Source: Alphaproteobacteria bacterium MarineAlpha5_Bin5
Lineage (GTDB): Bacteria; Pseudomonadota; Alphaproteobacteria; HIMB59; GCA-002718135
DNA: 64,000 nt
Reading direction: 5' to 3'
Assembly: GCA_002938205.1 (NCBI GenBank)
Contig: PTKZ01000008.1
Span: 1,081 to 65,080 of the forward strand
A program made the position numbers and the translations under genes. Position 1 is the stretch's first letter. Every line of letters starts with the position of its first letter. The notes under the pieces are model-generated. The model saw nothing but the letters and a program-made list of their open reading frames with translations. It was not told where the DNA came from and did no database searches. This document shows positions 1 to 13,153 of this stretch, one piece after another.

Positions 1-912
1 ATTTAAATGAATTGCACACGCAATAGCACATTCTATATTTTGTTTTTCAAATTCATTTATGTTTAAATTTTTTAATAAGTATTTCTTCTTAAACACATTT
101 AGATATAACTTATTTTTATATTCAAAAAAAACATCTTTTGAACCATATATAATAGTTTTTATCTTTCTTTTATGTGTAATTTTTTTTATAACATTTAAAT
201 CTTCCAACCGAGAATTTAATATGGCAGTACCTTTAGAATCTAAAAATTTATTAAATAATGAAAATTTTGCCTCTTTATATTTTAAAAAATTTTTATGATA
301 ATCAATATGGTCGTTACTAATATTTGTTATAGCTCCAATATCAACTTTAATACTTCTTAATCTATTTTGATTTAAGGCATGACTAGATGCTTCAAATATA
401 AATTTGTATTGATTTTCTTTTTTTTCATAAGCATATTGATACAAATCTTCAAAAGAAGGAGTTGTTAGGGAGGTTTCTTCAATTTTTTTATGATTTTTAT
501 AATAACCTAACGTGCCTAACATTTTACTTTGTATTTTATTTTTTTTACAAAACTGTGATAAATACCAAGCTACTGAAGTTTTTCCATTAGTTCCAGTAAT
601 AGCTATTGTTTTTTTAGGTTTTATTGGAAATAAATAATTTAATAATTTATAAGTTTCAATATTCACATTGCTTACAATAAATTGAGTTATTTTAATATTA
701 TTAAATTTTTTTTTACTGATTATCGCTGGTATTTTTTTATCTATTGCTTCTTTTAAGTAATCAATCTTAAATTTTTTTTTTGAATCAATTATTAATAAAG
801 TATCAAATGATGCATTTTTAGAAGTTGATGTAATTTTATTAATCTTTTTAGAACAGCTCAAATTGATAATTTTATTCGTATTTATTAAATTAGCAACTTC
901 AGAGAGATACAT
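1..912 (-). CDS. murE: UDP-N-acetylmuramoyl-L-alanyl-D-glutamate--2,6-diaminopimelate ligase MurE, N-terminal part only (gene runs off the left edge)
   Basis: Absent from the ORF track because it is open at the window edge. Hand translation of the minus strand from ATG 912-910 gives MYLSEVANLINTNK... The segments I checked are open down to base 1. Mur-ligase P-loop AITGTNGKTS is encoded at about 574-603, and TNISNDHIDYH at about 300-330. It lies directly downstream of ftsI as in dcw clusters, and its start overlaps the ftsI stop by 14 nt. Confidence 0.85.
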   Translation of the reverse strand, partial: MYLSEVANLINTNKIINLSCSKKINKITSTSKNASFDTLLIIDSKKKFKIDYLKEAIDKKIPAIISKKKFNNIKITQFIVSNVNIETYKLLNYLFPIKPKKTIAITGTNGKTSVAWYLSQFCKKNKIQSKMLGTLGYYKNHKKIEETSLTTPSFEDLYQYAYEKKENQYKFIFEASSHALNQNRLRSIKVDIGAITNISNDHIDYHKNFLKYKEAKFSLFNKFLDSKGTAILNSRLEDLNVIKKITHKRKIKTIIYGSKDVFFEYKNKLYLNVFKKKYLLKNLNINEFEKQNIECAIACAIHLN

Positions 913-2554
913 ATTGTTTATTGTAAAATTTATTTATGTCTGCTTTAAGAAAATTTTTCGATTTTGATTTGGGTAAATTTAATATTTTGATCATTTCTAG
1001 AATTATACCTTTTATTAATGGTGCATTTACTACTGCTCCAGTTGTTTTTTGTTGAGATCCTTTTATTTTTTTTGGAAACTCAACCACAGTTAGCACAACA
1101 TATCTTGGGTTATTGATTGGGAATACGCTTATAAAGGAAGTTAAATCTCTATTTTTGTAATATCCCCCCGTTTCATTAGTAAGAACAGTTGTACCTGTTT
1201 TTCCTCCTAAATGATATCCGTCAATTTTTACTCTAGGACCTGTAAATTTGGTTTCTGTTACTACTGATCTAAGTAAATGAAGAAAGTATTCAGAAGTATT
1301 TTCTTTAACAATAATATTGTTCTGCTCATAATTATTTAATTTATTAATAATTGTTGGATTTACTTCTTTCCCTTTATTTGCAATTGAGGCATATGCTTTA
1401 ATAAGATGTAAGGGTGTTATTGCAAATCCATGACCATAACCAATAGTCATAGTTTCTACCTTACCCCAATGGTTTTTGTTACCTAATGGTTCGGCTGCCT
1501 CTAGTAACTCTATATTTACCTTATTATAAAATCCAATTTTTTTAAAAAATTCAATTTGATTATTTTTTCCAATTAATTTAGCAATTTGAGCTGTTCCAAT
1601 ATTAGAAGATTCTGTAATAATTTTTTTCACATCATATATACCATCACCATCATATTCATTGTAATCTCCAATTCCTTTTATTTTTTTTGTAACATCAAAT
1701 TTCATATTAGGATTAATAATGTCTTTATCAAAGCCCATAGCTACAGTTAGAGGTTTAAATGTTGATCCCATTTCATAATTAGATTGAATGACACGATTAA
1801 TTAATTTTTTTTCATCAAAAGACGAAATTTTTTTATTTGGATTAAAATCAGGATAACTAACAGAAGATAGAATATGGCCATTAGAAAGATCCATAATCAC
1901 AGCTAAGCCTGATTCAGCTCTATATATTTCTATAGTTTTTTTTAATTTTTCTCTAACAGCTTGCTGAAGATTTATATCTATAGTTAAATTTATATTTTTT
2001 GAAACTTCCAAATCTTTGTTAAATGAACGTTCTATTCCAGATTGACCTTTTTGATCAATATTAACATAACCAACAACATGAGAGATAATATTTTGATACG
2101 GGTATATTCTTTTATTTTCTTTATGAATTCTTAAATTAATTTCTCCTATATCAACTATTTTCTGATGCTCTCTTGGAGTTATGTTTCGCTTGATCCAAAC
2201 GAATTTTTTTTCACTAGATAGTTTGTTAAAAATTATTTTCTCATCTATATGTAATATATTTGACAATATTTTAGCTATATGTAGTTTATCTTTTATTTTT
2301 AGAGGATTAGCAGCTAAAGAGCTTGAGGTTATTGAAGCGGCTAATAAATTCCCATTCCTATCAAATATTTCTCCTCTTTTCTCTTTTTTTAATAATACAT
2401 CTTTTTTGCTATTTTCAATAGGATGTATCATTAAATCTGAAATTCTATAAATTGCAGTAGAAAAAAAGAAAATGAAAATTAGAATTGAAAAAAAAATTCT
2501 TTTATGAAAGTTTTTTAAAGAATCGCTATCAAATAATACCAGTTTATTTGTCAT
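899..2554 (-). CDS. ftsI: Peptidoglycan D,D-transpeptidase FtsI (PBP3)
   Basis: 551 aa with an N-terminal TM segment. Penicillin-binding motifs STFK (MGSTFKP), SSN (ESSNIG) and KTGT (GGKTGTT) are present. Position is between ftsL and murE. Confidence 0.9.
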   Translation of the reverse strand: MTNKLVLFDSDSLKNFHKRIFFSILIFIFFFSTAIYRISDLMIHPIENSKKDVLLKKEKRGEIFDRNGNLLAASITSSSLAANPLKIKDKLHIAKILSNILHIDEKIIFNKLSSEKKFVWIKRNITPREHQKIVDIGEINLRIHKENKRIYPYQNIISHVVGYVNIDQKGQSGIERSFNKDLEVSKNINLTIDINLQQAVREKLKKTIEIYRAESGLAVIMDLSNGHILSSVSYPDFNPNKKISSFDEKKLINRVIQSNYEMGSTFKPLTVAMGFDKDIINPNMKFDVTKKIKGIGDYNEYDGDGIYDVKKIITESSNIGTAQIAKLIGKNNQIEFFKKIGFYNKVNIELLEAAEPLGNKNHWGKVETMTIGYGHGFAITPLHLIKAYASIANKGKEVNPTIINKLNNYEQNNIIVKENTSEYFLHLLRSVVTETKFTGPRVKIDGYHLGGKTGTTVLTNETGGYYKNRDLTSFISVFPINNPRYVVLTVVEFPKKIKGSQQKTTGAVVNAPLIKGIILEMIKILNLPKSKSKNFLKADINKFYNKQYVSL

Positions 2555-2569
2555 TTATTTTAAATATTT

Positions 2570-2881
2570 TCAATAATCCACAAGAAGTATATTTGTTTTG
2601 CCTTTATTTAAAAATTCATTGTAGCTAATAATTTTGCTCTCTTGAAAATTCTCAATATCTTGATGATATAATTCATATAATTTTTTTAAGTATTCTGGAT
2701 TTGTGTGAAAGGTATATTCAATTTTATTTATATCAATTTGTTCTCTAATTTTATTAATTTTGTTTTCTAATATTGAATTTGAAATTTCAATATTCCGAGC
2801 TTGATGCCCAATAAAAATTAATAAAAAAGCCATAACTATATTTACGGCCATAAGAATGATAATTTGTTTTGAGTACTTCAT
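2570..2881 (-). CDS. ftsL: Cell division protein FtsL-like (small bitopic membrane protein)
   Basis: 103 aa with a single N-terminal TM (IIILMAVNIVMAFLLIFIG) followed by a charged helical region. It occupies the conserved slot between rsmH and ftsI. Its start overlaps the rsmH stop in a TAATG junction at 2881. Confidence 0.65.
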   Translation of the reverse strand: MKYSKQIIILMAVNIVMAFLLIFIGHQARNIEISNSILENKINKIREQIDINKIEYTFHTNPEYLKKLYELYHQDIENFQESKIISYNEFLNKGKTNILLVDY

Positions 2882-3822
2882 TACAAAACTTTTTGTGCTA
2901 CCCGAAGTTTGGCTGATCTAGATCGAGGATTAAGCTTAATTTCTCCATCTAGCGGTCTTAGTGGTTTTTTGGTGATTATTTCAAAGGTAACAGGACCAGT
3001 ATCAGCCAACTCCGGGTAGTGGCGGGAGGAACGCCATCGTTTACCACTATTGTGGTTAAAAAAATCTTTCACAATTCTATCTTCAAGACTTTGGAAAGAA
3101 ACTATTAATAATAATCCATTTTTACACAGTAACCCTATTGATTTCTCTAGAGCTTTTTTTAACTCTTCAATTTCATCATTTACGTAAATTCTCAATGCTT
3201 GAAAAGTTTTTGTTGCTGGATGTATTTTTGATTTCTTCAATAAAAAAACAGGTATCGATCTTGTTATTATGTTAGCTAATTCTACAGTTGAGTTGATAAG
3301 TTTTATTTTTCTACTTTTTACAATATTTTTTGCTATTTTTCTTGAAAATTTTTCTTCTCCTAATTGAAAAATAATTTTTGCTAGATTATTCTCATCATAG
3401 CTATTGATAACAGAATACGCTGTTTTTTCTGATAATCCCATATTCATATCAAGTGGGCCATTTTTTTGAAAAGAAAACCCTCTTTCTGAATTTTCTATTT
3501 GATTAGAACTTACTCCTAGATCATAAATAATTACATCGAATTTAGTTTTAGAATATTGCGATTTTTTAATTACTTTATCTATATTGCTAAACTTTTCATT
3601 TATTAATTCAAAGTTATCATATCTCTTTTTTATTTCTTCAGCAAAAATATTGCTGATAGGATCTCTGTCAATTGCTACTAAATGATTAACATTAAATTCA
3701 TTTAAAATTGCTTTTGAATACCCTCCTCCTCCAAAAGTAGCATCAATTAAATTAATTTTTTTATTCTTGGGTAAAAAAGATTTAATTTCATTTAACATAA
3801 CTGGTGTATGAATGTTATTCAT
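2881..3822 (-). CDS. rsmH: 16S rRNA (cytosine1402-N4)-methyltransferase RsmH/MraW
   Basis: 313 aa. N-terminus HTPVMLNE...IDATFGGGGYS and DLGVSS motifs are typical of MraW. ATGA overlap with the mraZ stop at 3819-3822. Confidence 0.92.
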   Translation of the reverse strand: MNNIHTPVMLNEIKSFLPKNKKINLIDATFGGGGYSKAILNEFNVNHLVAIDRDPISNIFAEEIKKRYDNFELINEKFSNIDKVIKKSQYSKTKFDVIIYDLGVSSNQIENSERGFSFQKNGPLDMNMGLSEKTAYSVINSYDENNLAKIIFQLGEEKFSRKIAKNIVKSRKIKLINSTVELANIITRSIPVFLLKKSKIHPATKTFQALRIYVNDEIEELKKALEKSIGLLCKNGLLLIVSFQSLEDRIVKDFFNHNSGKRWRSSRHYPELADTGPVTFEIITKKPLRPLDGEIKLNPRSRSAKLRVAQKVL

Positions 3823-4283
3823 TTATTATTCTCTTTTAATATTGCGCTTAACGATTTTTTTCTCTCTACAAGTCTTGTTCGAGATAATTTTTGTTTTTGT
3901 TTTGCTCTTTGAGGTTCTAAAATTTGAAAGTAATAACCTTGTCCAATAAAAGTAGCTTCAGTTGTAATTTGAGAAAATTTTTTTAATGTTTCTGGAATAA
4001 CAAATCTACCTTCACTATCTAAATTAGTAGGAATTATTTCTGAAAAAATAGAAGTTGAGAAATCTTCTTCATCTTCTGAAAATAAATCCAAATTATTAAT
4101 TCTATCTGCAATTTCATTAATTCGTTTAACGCTACAACCTTCAATTGAGTTTTGTCTAAGCGATTTATAGAGTATGATTTCATTCTTATAATCTTTTGGC
4201 AATGCATTTCTAAAAATAGAAGGAAAAGATACTCTGCCCTTTTTGTCTATTTTATTAACAAATGTAGATACAAATAATTCCAT
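3819..4283 (-). CDS. mraZ: Transcriptional regulator MraZ
   Basis: 154 aa. Two SpoVT/AbrB-like halves (DKKGRVSFPSIFR and DSEGRFVIPETLKK) are characteristic of MraZ. It is the first gene of the dcw cluster. Confidence 0.9.
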   Translation of the reverse strand: MELFVSTFVNKIDKKGRVSFPSIFRNALPKDYKNEIILYKSLRQNSIEGCSVKRINEIADRINNLDLFSEDEEDFSTSIFSEIIPTNLDSEGRFVIPETLKKFSQITTEATFIGQGYYFQILEPQRAKQKQKLSRTRLVERKKSLSAILKENNK

Positions 4284-4326
4284 GGATTTTCATGGGTTAT
4301 CATGGGATTATATGGGCGTCAATGGG
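4282..4326 (-). promoter_or_regulatory. Candidate MraZ operator: five phased pentamer boxes (ATGGA, then ATGGG x4 on the + strand; CCCAT in mraZ sense)
   Basis: Boxes start at 4282, 4292, 4302, 4312 and 4322, exactly 10 bp apart. They fill the leader between the mraZ ATG (4283-4281) and a TATAAT in mraZ sense at 4343-4338. This resembles the TGGGN-plus-5-nt-spacer direct repeats bound by E. coli MraZ. Confidence 0.6.
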
Positions 4327-4376
4327 AATAAATTGAAATTATATGTATGTTCTATAAATGTTCTTATTCTTTTTTT

Positions 4377-4718
4377 AAGATGGTGCATAAGCCGGGTTCT
4401 GTAATTTACAAAGTAAATTGATGATCATTAATCTAGAACAAATGTCACCATTTGTTTCAAGCAGTCTACCCGAGTAACTCAGCTGGAAACTGATTGTCAC
4501 TCCTATTTGACCTTACTCCAAAAAGGGTTTGCAATGCCTTTCTTGTTACCAAAAAAGCGGTAAGCTTTTACCTTACCTTTTCACCCTTACCTATTTCTAG
4601 GCGGTATATTTTCTGCTGCACTTTCCCTAAGCTCACGCTTGCCAGGTATTACCTGGTTTTATTTCCAGTGGAGCCCGGACTTTCCTCTTGATTGCTCAAG
4701 CGATCATCGCACCATCTT
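4377..4718 (-). ncRNA. rnpB: RNase P RNA, bacterial type A
   Basis: The reverse complement reads AAGAUGGUGCGAUGAUCGC...GAGGAAAGUCCGGGCUCCA (+ strand 4669-4688)...GGUAAGGGUGAAA...ACAGAACCCGGCUUAUGCACCAUCUU (+ strand 4377-4402). The universally conserved P4 halves are present, and the 5' and 3' ends pair to form P1. About 342 nt. Confidence 0.93.
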
Positions 4719-4740
4719 AATAGCTAACTATTTATTTTTT

Positions 4741-5487
4741 TTATTTGGTCAATAGTAAAGTGCAAAAATGTCTTTCAATAAACTTATAAGTTTTTTTATA
4801 TAGGTTTTTTTTAGAATATCTTTGAAGATAATGATTTTGATAATTTTTTAAAAGTAAGTTAAAATTAGATTTTTTGTTAATACCTAATGATATATCATAA
4901 CCAATATAAGCTAACATAAATATCATAATACTTTTCTTTGATCTAATATTTTGCAATTTGAACCATTTGCGTAATGAAAAAACCAAATAAAAATTAATAA
5001 TTTTAGGATTAAAGACTAGATTATTTTTTTTTAATGTGTGCCAAGGGAATTTTACTCCAGGATCAATTTTTCTATATGGCGCAATATCAGAATGACCTAA
5101 TATATTATGGTTATTTATTTTATATTTTTTTGCAATTTTTTTTAATAATTTAATCAGTGAATTAATTAATTTTGTTCCATATATATTGTTTTTATAATTT
5201 GGACTAAAGTCTAATTCTATTCCTATAGAAATAGAATTAATATCTGTTTTTGAAGCCCAATATGAAACGCCAGCATGCCATGCGCGATATTTTTCTGAAA
5301 CAAGATTATAAATTTCTCCATTTTGTGAGATCAGGTAATGGGAACTTACTTTATTTTTTTTATTACATAAAAATTTTATTGATTCATTAACATTTTTAAG
5401 AGCCGTATAGTGAATTATAATAAATTCAATTTTGTTATATTTTCTTCTATTAAAGTTAGGAGATTTAAAATTATGTATTAATTTCAT
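4741..5487 (-). CDS. N-acetylmuramoyl-L-alanine amidase (amidase_2 / AmpD-like) with a basic C-terminal extension
   Basis: 248 aa. IIHYTA...SSHYLISQNGEIYNLV...RAWHAGVSYW...LGHSDIAP is the amidase_2/PGRP signature. The C-terminal ~90 aa look like a degenerate peptidoglycan-binding region. Confidence 0.8.
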   Translation of the reverse strand: MKLIHNFKSPNFNRRKYNKIEFIIIHYTALKNVNESIKFLCNKKNKVSSHYLISQNGEIYNLVSEKYRAWHAGVSYWASKTDINSISIGIELDFSPNYKNNIYGTKLINSLIKLLKKIAKKYKINNHNILGHSDIAPYRKIDPGVKFPWHTLKKNNLVFNPKIINFYLVFSLRKWFKLQNIRSKKSIMIFMLAYIGYDISLGINKKSNFNLLLKNYQNHYLQRYSKKNLYKKTYKFIERHFCTLLLTK

Positions 5488-5523
5488 TCAAATTTATTAA
5501 CATTCAATATATACGGGATTTAG

Positions 5524-6318
5524 ATGTTAAAAAAATGTTTATTATTATTATTATTGCTTTTATTGATATTAAGCTGTTCATCTAATGATAATAAGACTGA
5601 GAATACAAAGGAATTGTATAACGCTGAAATAATGTACCTTGGGGCAATGACCTATTTTGAAACAGAAGAATATGATCTCGCTATAGAATCTTTTAACGAA
5701 ATAATAAAAATCTACCCTTTGTCTAATGAAGCAATCCAGTCACAAATTATGTCTGCTTTTATTGATTATATAAAATTAAATTATGATGATGCTATATTTA
5801 AATTTAATCGCATTATACTTAACAATCCTTCGTTAAAAAATATTGATTATGTATATTATATGAAAGCTATCTGTTATTATGAGCAAATTAATCATGAAGA
5901 TTTAGATGGTAGAAATAATGTATTAGCTTTACAAAGTTTAAATGAAGTACTGAACAGATTTCCTGATAGTGATTATGCAAAAGATAGTTATCAAAAAATA
6001 ATCTTAGTAAAATCCAACATGGCTGCAAAACATATGAGTATAGGAAGGTTTTATCAAAAAAAAGAAAAACACACTGCTGCTCTAAATCGATTTAAAATTG
6101 TAGTAGAAGATTTTGCAATGACAAAATTTACACCTGAGGCTTTATACAGAATGACAGAAATATATTATACAATAGGAATGTTTGAAGAAGCAAAAAACAC
6201 AGCTGCGGTAATTGGTTTTAATTATCCCGATTCAAAGTGGTATGAATTAAGTTACAATCTTCTTTCTGATAAAAAAAATAAGACGGGAATAATTAGTAAA
6301 ATTAAAAATTTATTATAA
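5524..6318 (+). CDS. bamD: Outer membrane protein assembly factor BamD (TPR lipoprotein)
   Basis: 264 aa. Signal peptide with lipobox LILSC at residues 14-18. TPR-like helices and the typical BamD length. Confidence 0.8.
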   Translation: MLKKCLLLLLLLLLILSCSSNDNKTENTKELYNAEIMYLGAMTYFETEEYDLAIESFNEIIKIYPLSNEAIQSQIMSAFIDYIKLNYDDAIFKFNRIILNNPSLKNIDYVYYMKAICYYEQINHEDLDGRNNVLALQSLNEVLNRFPDSDYAKDSYQKIILVKSNMAAKHMSIGRFYQKKEKHTAALNRFKIVVEDFAMTKFTPEALYRMTEIYYTIGMFEEAKNTAAVIGFNYPDSKWYELSYNLLSDKKNKTGIISKIKNLL

Positions 6319-10561
<4,243 letters not shown>

Positions 10562-10640
10562 TTTTATGCTATAAATTAACTATTAAGTAATTTTTTAATT
10601 ATATAATAATATATAAGCAATAAATTAAATTTTAAAAAAA

Positions 10641-11426
10641 ATGCAAAAAATCAATCAAATCATTTTTATTGTTTTTTTAACGCTTTTTAGCTTTCAAATA
10701 CTAGCTGCTGCTTCAGATCAGGTAAGCGCTGATTCTGATGATTTTGAAACAACAACAGTTGAAGATGAAATTTATGATCCTTTTGAGAAAATAAATCGAG
10801 CTATCTTTAGTTTTAATAATGCTGCTGATCAAATTATATTAGAACCAGTTGCTAAAGGATATAAAAAATTACCTTCTCCTGTTCAGTCTGGGATAAGTAA
10901 TTTTTTAAGTAATCTTAGAATGCCGTTAGTCGTAGTAAATCAACTTTTACAAGGACAAGGAAAAAATGCAGCAGAATCAACTGGGCGTTTTGTCGTTAAT
11001 ACAACGGCAGGTATTTTTGGCCTAATAGACGTAGCTGATAAAATAGGTCTTGAAGAAAAAGAAGAAGATTTTGGACAAACTCTAGCAACATGGGGTGTTG
11101 GGGATGGGTTTTATATAGTGTTACCCCTTTTTGGACCATCTAATGTTCGTGATACATCTGGTATGTTGATGACTATGGTTACTGATCCAGTTAATGCTTA
11201 TGCAGCAAGTGAAGGTGAAGCTTGGTTTGTAACTACAAGAATTACAACAAATGCAATTGATCAAAGATCTAAAATTATAGATGAAGTGAATGCCCTTAGA
11301 AATAACTCTTTAGATTATTATGCAGCTGTTAGAAGTTCTTATTATCAAAATAGAAAAGCTGCTATTGACAATACTGATGATAGTGATTTAACTCCCTTGC
11401 CATTAATTAGTATTGAATTTGAATAA
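10641..11426 (+). CDS. mlaA: MlaA/VacJ family outer-membrane lipid asymmetry protein
   Basis: 261 aa with a signal peptide. Family signature DPFEKINRAIFSFNN...GYKK.P. No lipobox Cys was seen, so it may not be lipidated. Confidence 0.8.
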   Translation: MQKINQIIFIVFLTLFSFQILAAASDQVSADSDDFETTTVEDEIYDPFEKINRAIFSFNNAADQIILEPVAKGYKKLPSPVQSGISNFLSNLRMPLVVVNQLLQGQGKNAAESTGRFVVNTTAGIFGLIDVADKIGLEEKEEDFGQTLATWGVGDGFYIVLPLFGPSNVRDTSGMLMTMVTDPVNAYAASEGEAWFVTTRITTNAIDQRSKIIDEVNALRNNSLDYYAAVRSSYYQNRKAAIDNTDDSDLTPLPLISIEFE

Positions 11427-12031
11427 TGAAATCATTTATATCTGTATGTTTTGTACTCATTATTTTTTATTCATTTAATTCTCAAGGTAGTGAAGCTTCA
11501 AATTGGCTGAAAACAGAAGTTGATAAAATATTGATTGCTTATCAAGATCCAAATCTCCCTTCTGAAAATAGATTTTTATTAATTGAGCAAACGATTAATA
11601 ATAATTTTGCAGGCAAAAGCATTGCCATACATGTGGCAAAAAAAAGTTATAAAAATGCTAGTGAAGAAAAACGAAAGGAATATATAGAATTATTTAAGAG
11701 ACATTTGGCCCTTAACATAGCTGGTTTAATGCAAGGATATAAAAATCAAGAATATAAATTGATTGACGCACGATATGATGAAAAAAATAAAGTTAATTAC
11801 ATAGATATGGAAATTAATCTAGATACTGGCAATATACTAGTTACCTGGAGGGTCTTAAAACATAAAGAAAGATATTTTGTTATTGATTTGATTCTGTCTG
11901 GTATATCACTTGTTGAAACTAAAAGATCAGAATTTAATTCTATGCTCAAAACTGTTGATTATAACCTTTCAGAATTTAATAAAAAATTATCTGATCAAAA
12001 TGAAATCAGTTATAGTAAAATTATTAATTAA
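11426..12031 (+). CDS. MlaC/Ttg2D-like periplasmic phospholipid-binding protein
   Basis: 201 aa with a signal peptide. Size and context (TAATG-coupled to mlaA) fit the toluene-tolerance Ttg2D/MlaC family. The call rests on family resemblance only. Confidence 0.55.
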   Translation: MKSFISVCFVLIIFYSFNSQGSEASNWLKTEVDKILIAYQDPNLPSENRFLLIEQTINNNFAGKSIAIHVAKKSYKNASEEKRKEYIELFKRHLALNIAGLMQGYKNQEYKLIDARYDEKNKVNYIDMEINLDTGNILVTWRVLKHKERYFVIDLILSGISLVETKRSEFNSMLKTVDYNLSEFNKKLSDQNEISYSKIIN

Positions 12032-13152
12032 TTAACTTTTAATTTGCTAATTTCAGATTCCGTCAATAACTTAGGCTGATTACAACTTGACTTAAGAATA
12101 TAAGTTTTTTGATTTTCAGCAGCTGTTAATATACCTTCCATAATTTCTAAAACATGTAATGAAAGCTCTATAGAACATCGAGGTACTTCTTTGTTATTAA
12201 TGCTTGAAATCATATCTGATAAACCTATTCCTCTGTAGTTTGCTTGTATAACTCCATTATCATCTTGATTCGGTATACCTAACATCATAGATTCAGTATT
12301 AACTGTTTCCCATTTATAATCTTTCTTTGAAATTAACAAATTACCACCAAAAAAGTTAGGATCGGGTAAAATTATTGAACCTTCTGAACCGTAAATCTCA
12401 ATGGAAGTATGCATATGTTTCCAAACATCCCATGAACAAAAATATTGAATCTTTGTATTGTCCTTGAATTCTAATACACCTAATAAAGTGGTCGGTGTTT
12501 CAACAATAATTTTTTCACCACTTCTTGGTTGACTTGTAATGGTTCGTTGTTGTTCAACTGTAGAACTTGAAGAAATTATGCTCTTAACTGGACCAAGTAA
12601 ATTAACAAGTTGAGTTATATAATAAACACCTAAATCAAAAACTGGACCCGCTCCAGGCTTAAAGAAAAAATCTGGATTTGGATGCCAGTGTTCCATTCCA
12701 TGTGACATAATATTAAAAGAACCAAGAACGGGAGATCCAATAGTATTTTTTTCAATTAAATCTTTTGCTTTTTGCCCTGCTGCACCTAAAAAAGTATCAG
12801 GAGCGCAACCTACATATAAACCTTTATTATTTGCTAGATTTTTTATTTCCAATCCATCCTTAAAATTCATAGCTAGTGGCTTTTCTGAGAAACTATGTTT
12901 ATTTGAATGTAAAGTTTTTAATATGATTTCTTTATGTGCTGAAGGAATTGTTAAATTAACAATTAAATCTACATCTTTATTTTCTAATATCTCTTCTACA
13001 GTTTGATTTTGCACTCCAAATTTTTCTGCACTTACTTTGGCTGCTTCTAAATTTATATCTGCACAAGCAACAACATTAAAATTATTATATAAATTTTGAC
13101 TTTTGAAATATGTCTCTGATATATTTCCACAACCAATTATTCCTATTTTCAT
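12028..13152 (-). CDS. Gfo/Idh/MocA family NAD(P)-dependent oxidoreductase
   Basis: 374 aa. N-terminal Rossmann motif MKIGIIGCGNIS and the EKP motif (FSEKPLA) typical of the family. Confidence 0.85.
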   Translation of the reverse strand: MKIGIIGCGNISETYFKSQNLYNNFNVVACADINLEAAKVSAEKFGVQNQTVEEILENKDVDLIVNLTIPSAHKEIILKTLHSNKHSFSEKPLAMNFKDGLEIKNLANNKGLYVGCAPDTFLGAAGQKAKDLIEKNTIGSPVLGSFNIMSHGMEHWHPNPDFFFKPGAGPVFDLGVYYITQLVNLLGPVKSIISSSSTVEQQRTITSQPRSGEKIIVETPTTLLGVLEFKDNTKIQYFCSWDVWKHMHTSIEIYGSEGSIILPDPNFFGGNLLISKKDYKWETVNTESMMLGIPNQDDNGVIQANYRGIGLSDMISSINNKEVPRCSIELSLHVLEIMEGILTAAENQKTYILKSSCNQPKLLTESEISKLKVN

Positions 13153-13153
13153 T

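Noticed and set aside
59-298. 79-aa + strand ORF from the track
   Set aside because: It lies entirely antisense to the murE reading frame, which has clear Mur-ligase motifs. Its Phe/Lys/Asn-rich composition is typical of shadow ORFs in AT-rich DNA.
4327-4376. Full sigma-70 promoter for mraZ
   Set aside because: A perfect TATAAT (sense, 4343-4338) is present, but hexamers 16-18 nt upstream (TAAGAA, ATAAGA, AAGAAC) match TTGACA poorly. I therefore report only the -10 as part of the operator finding.
4494-4691. 65-aa + strand ORF from the track
   Set aside because: It lies wholly inside the RNase P RNA gene on the opposite strand, and the region is explained by rnpB.
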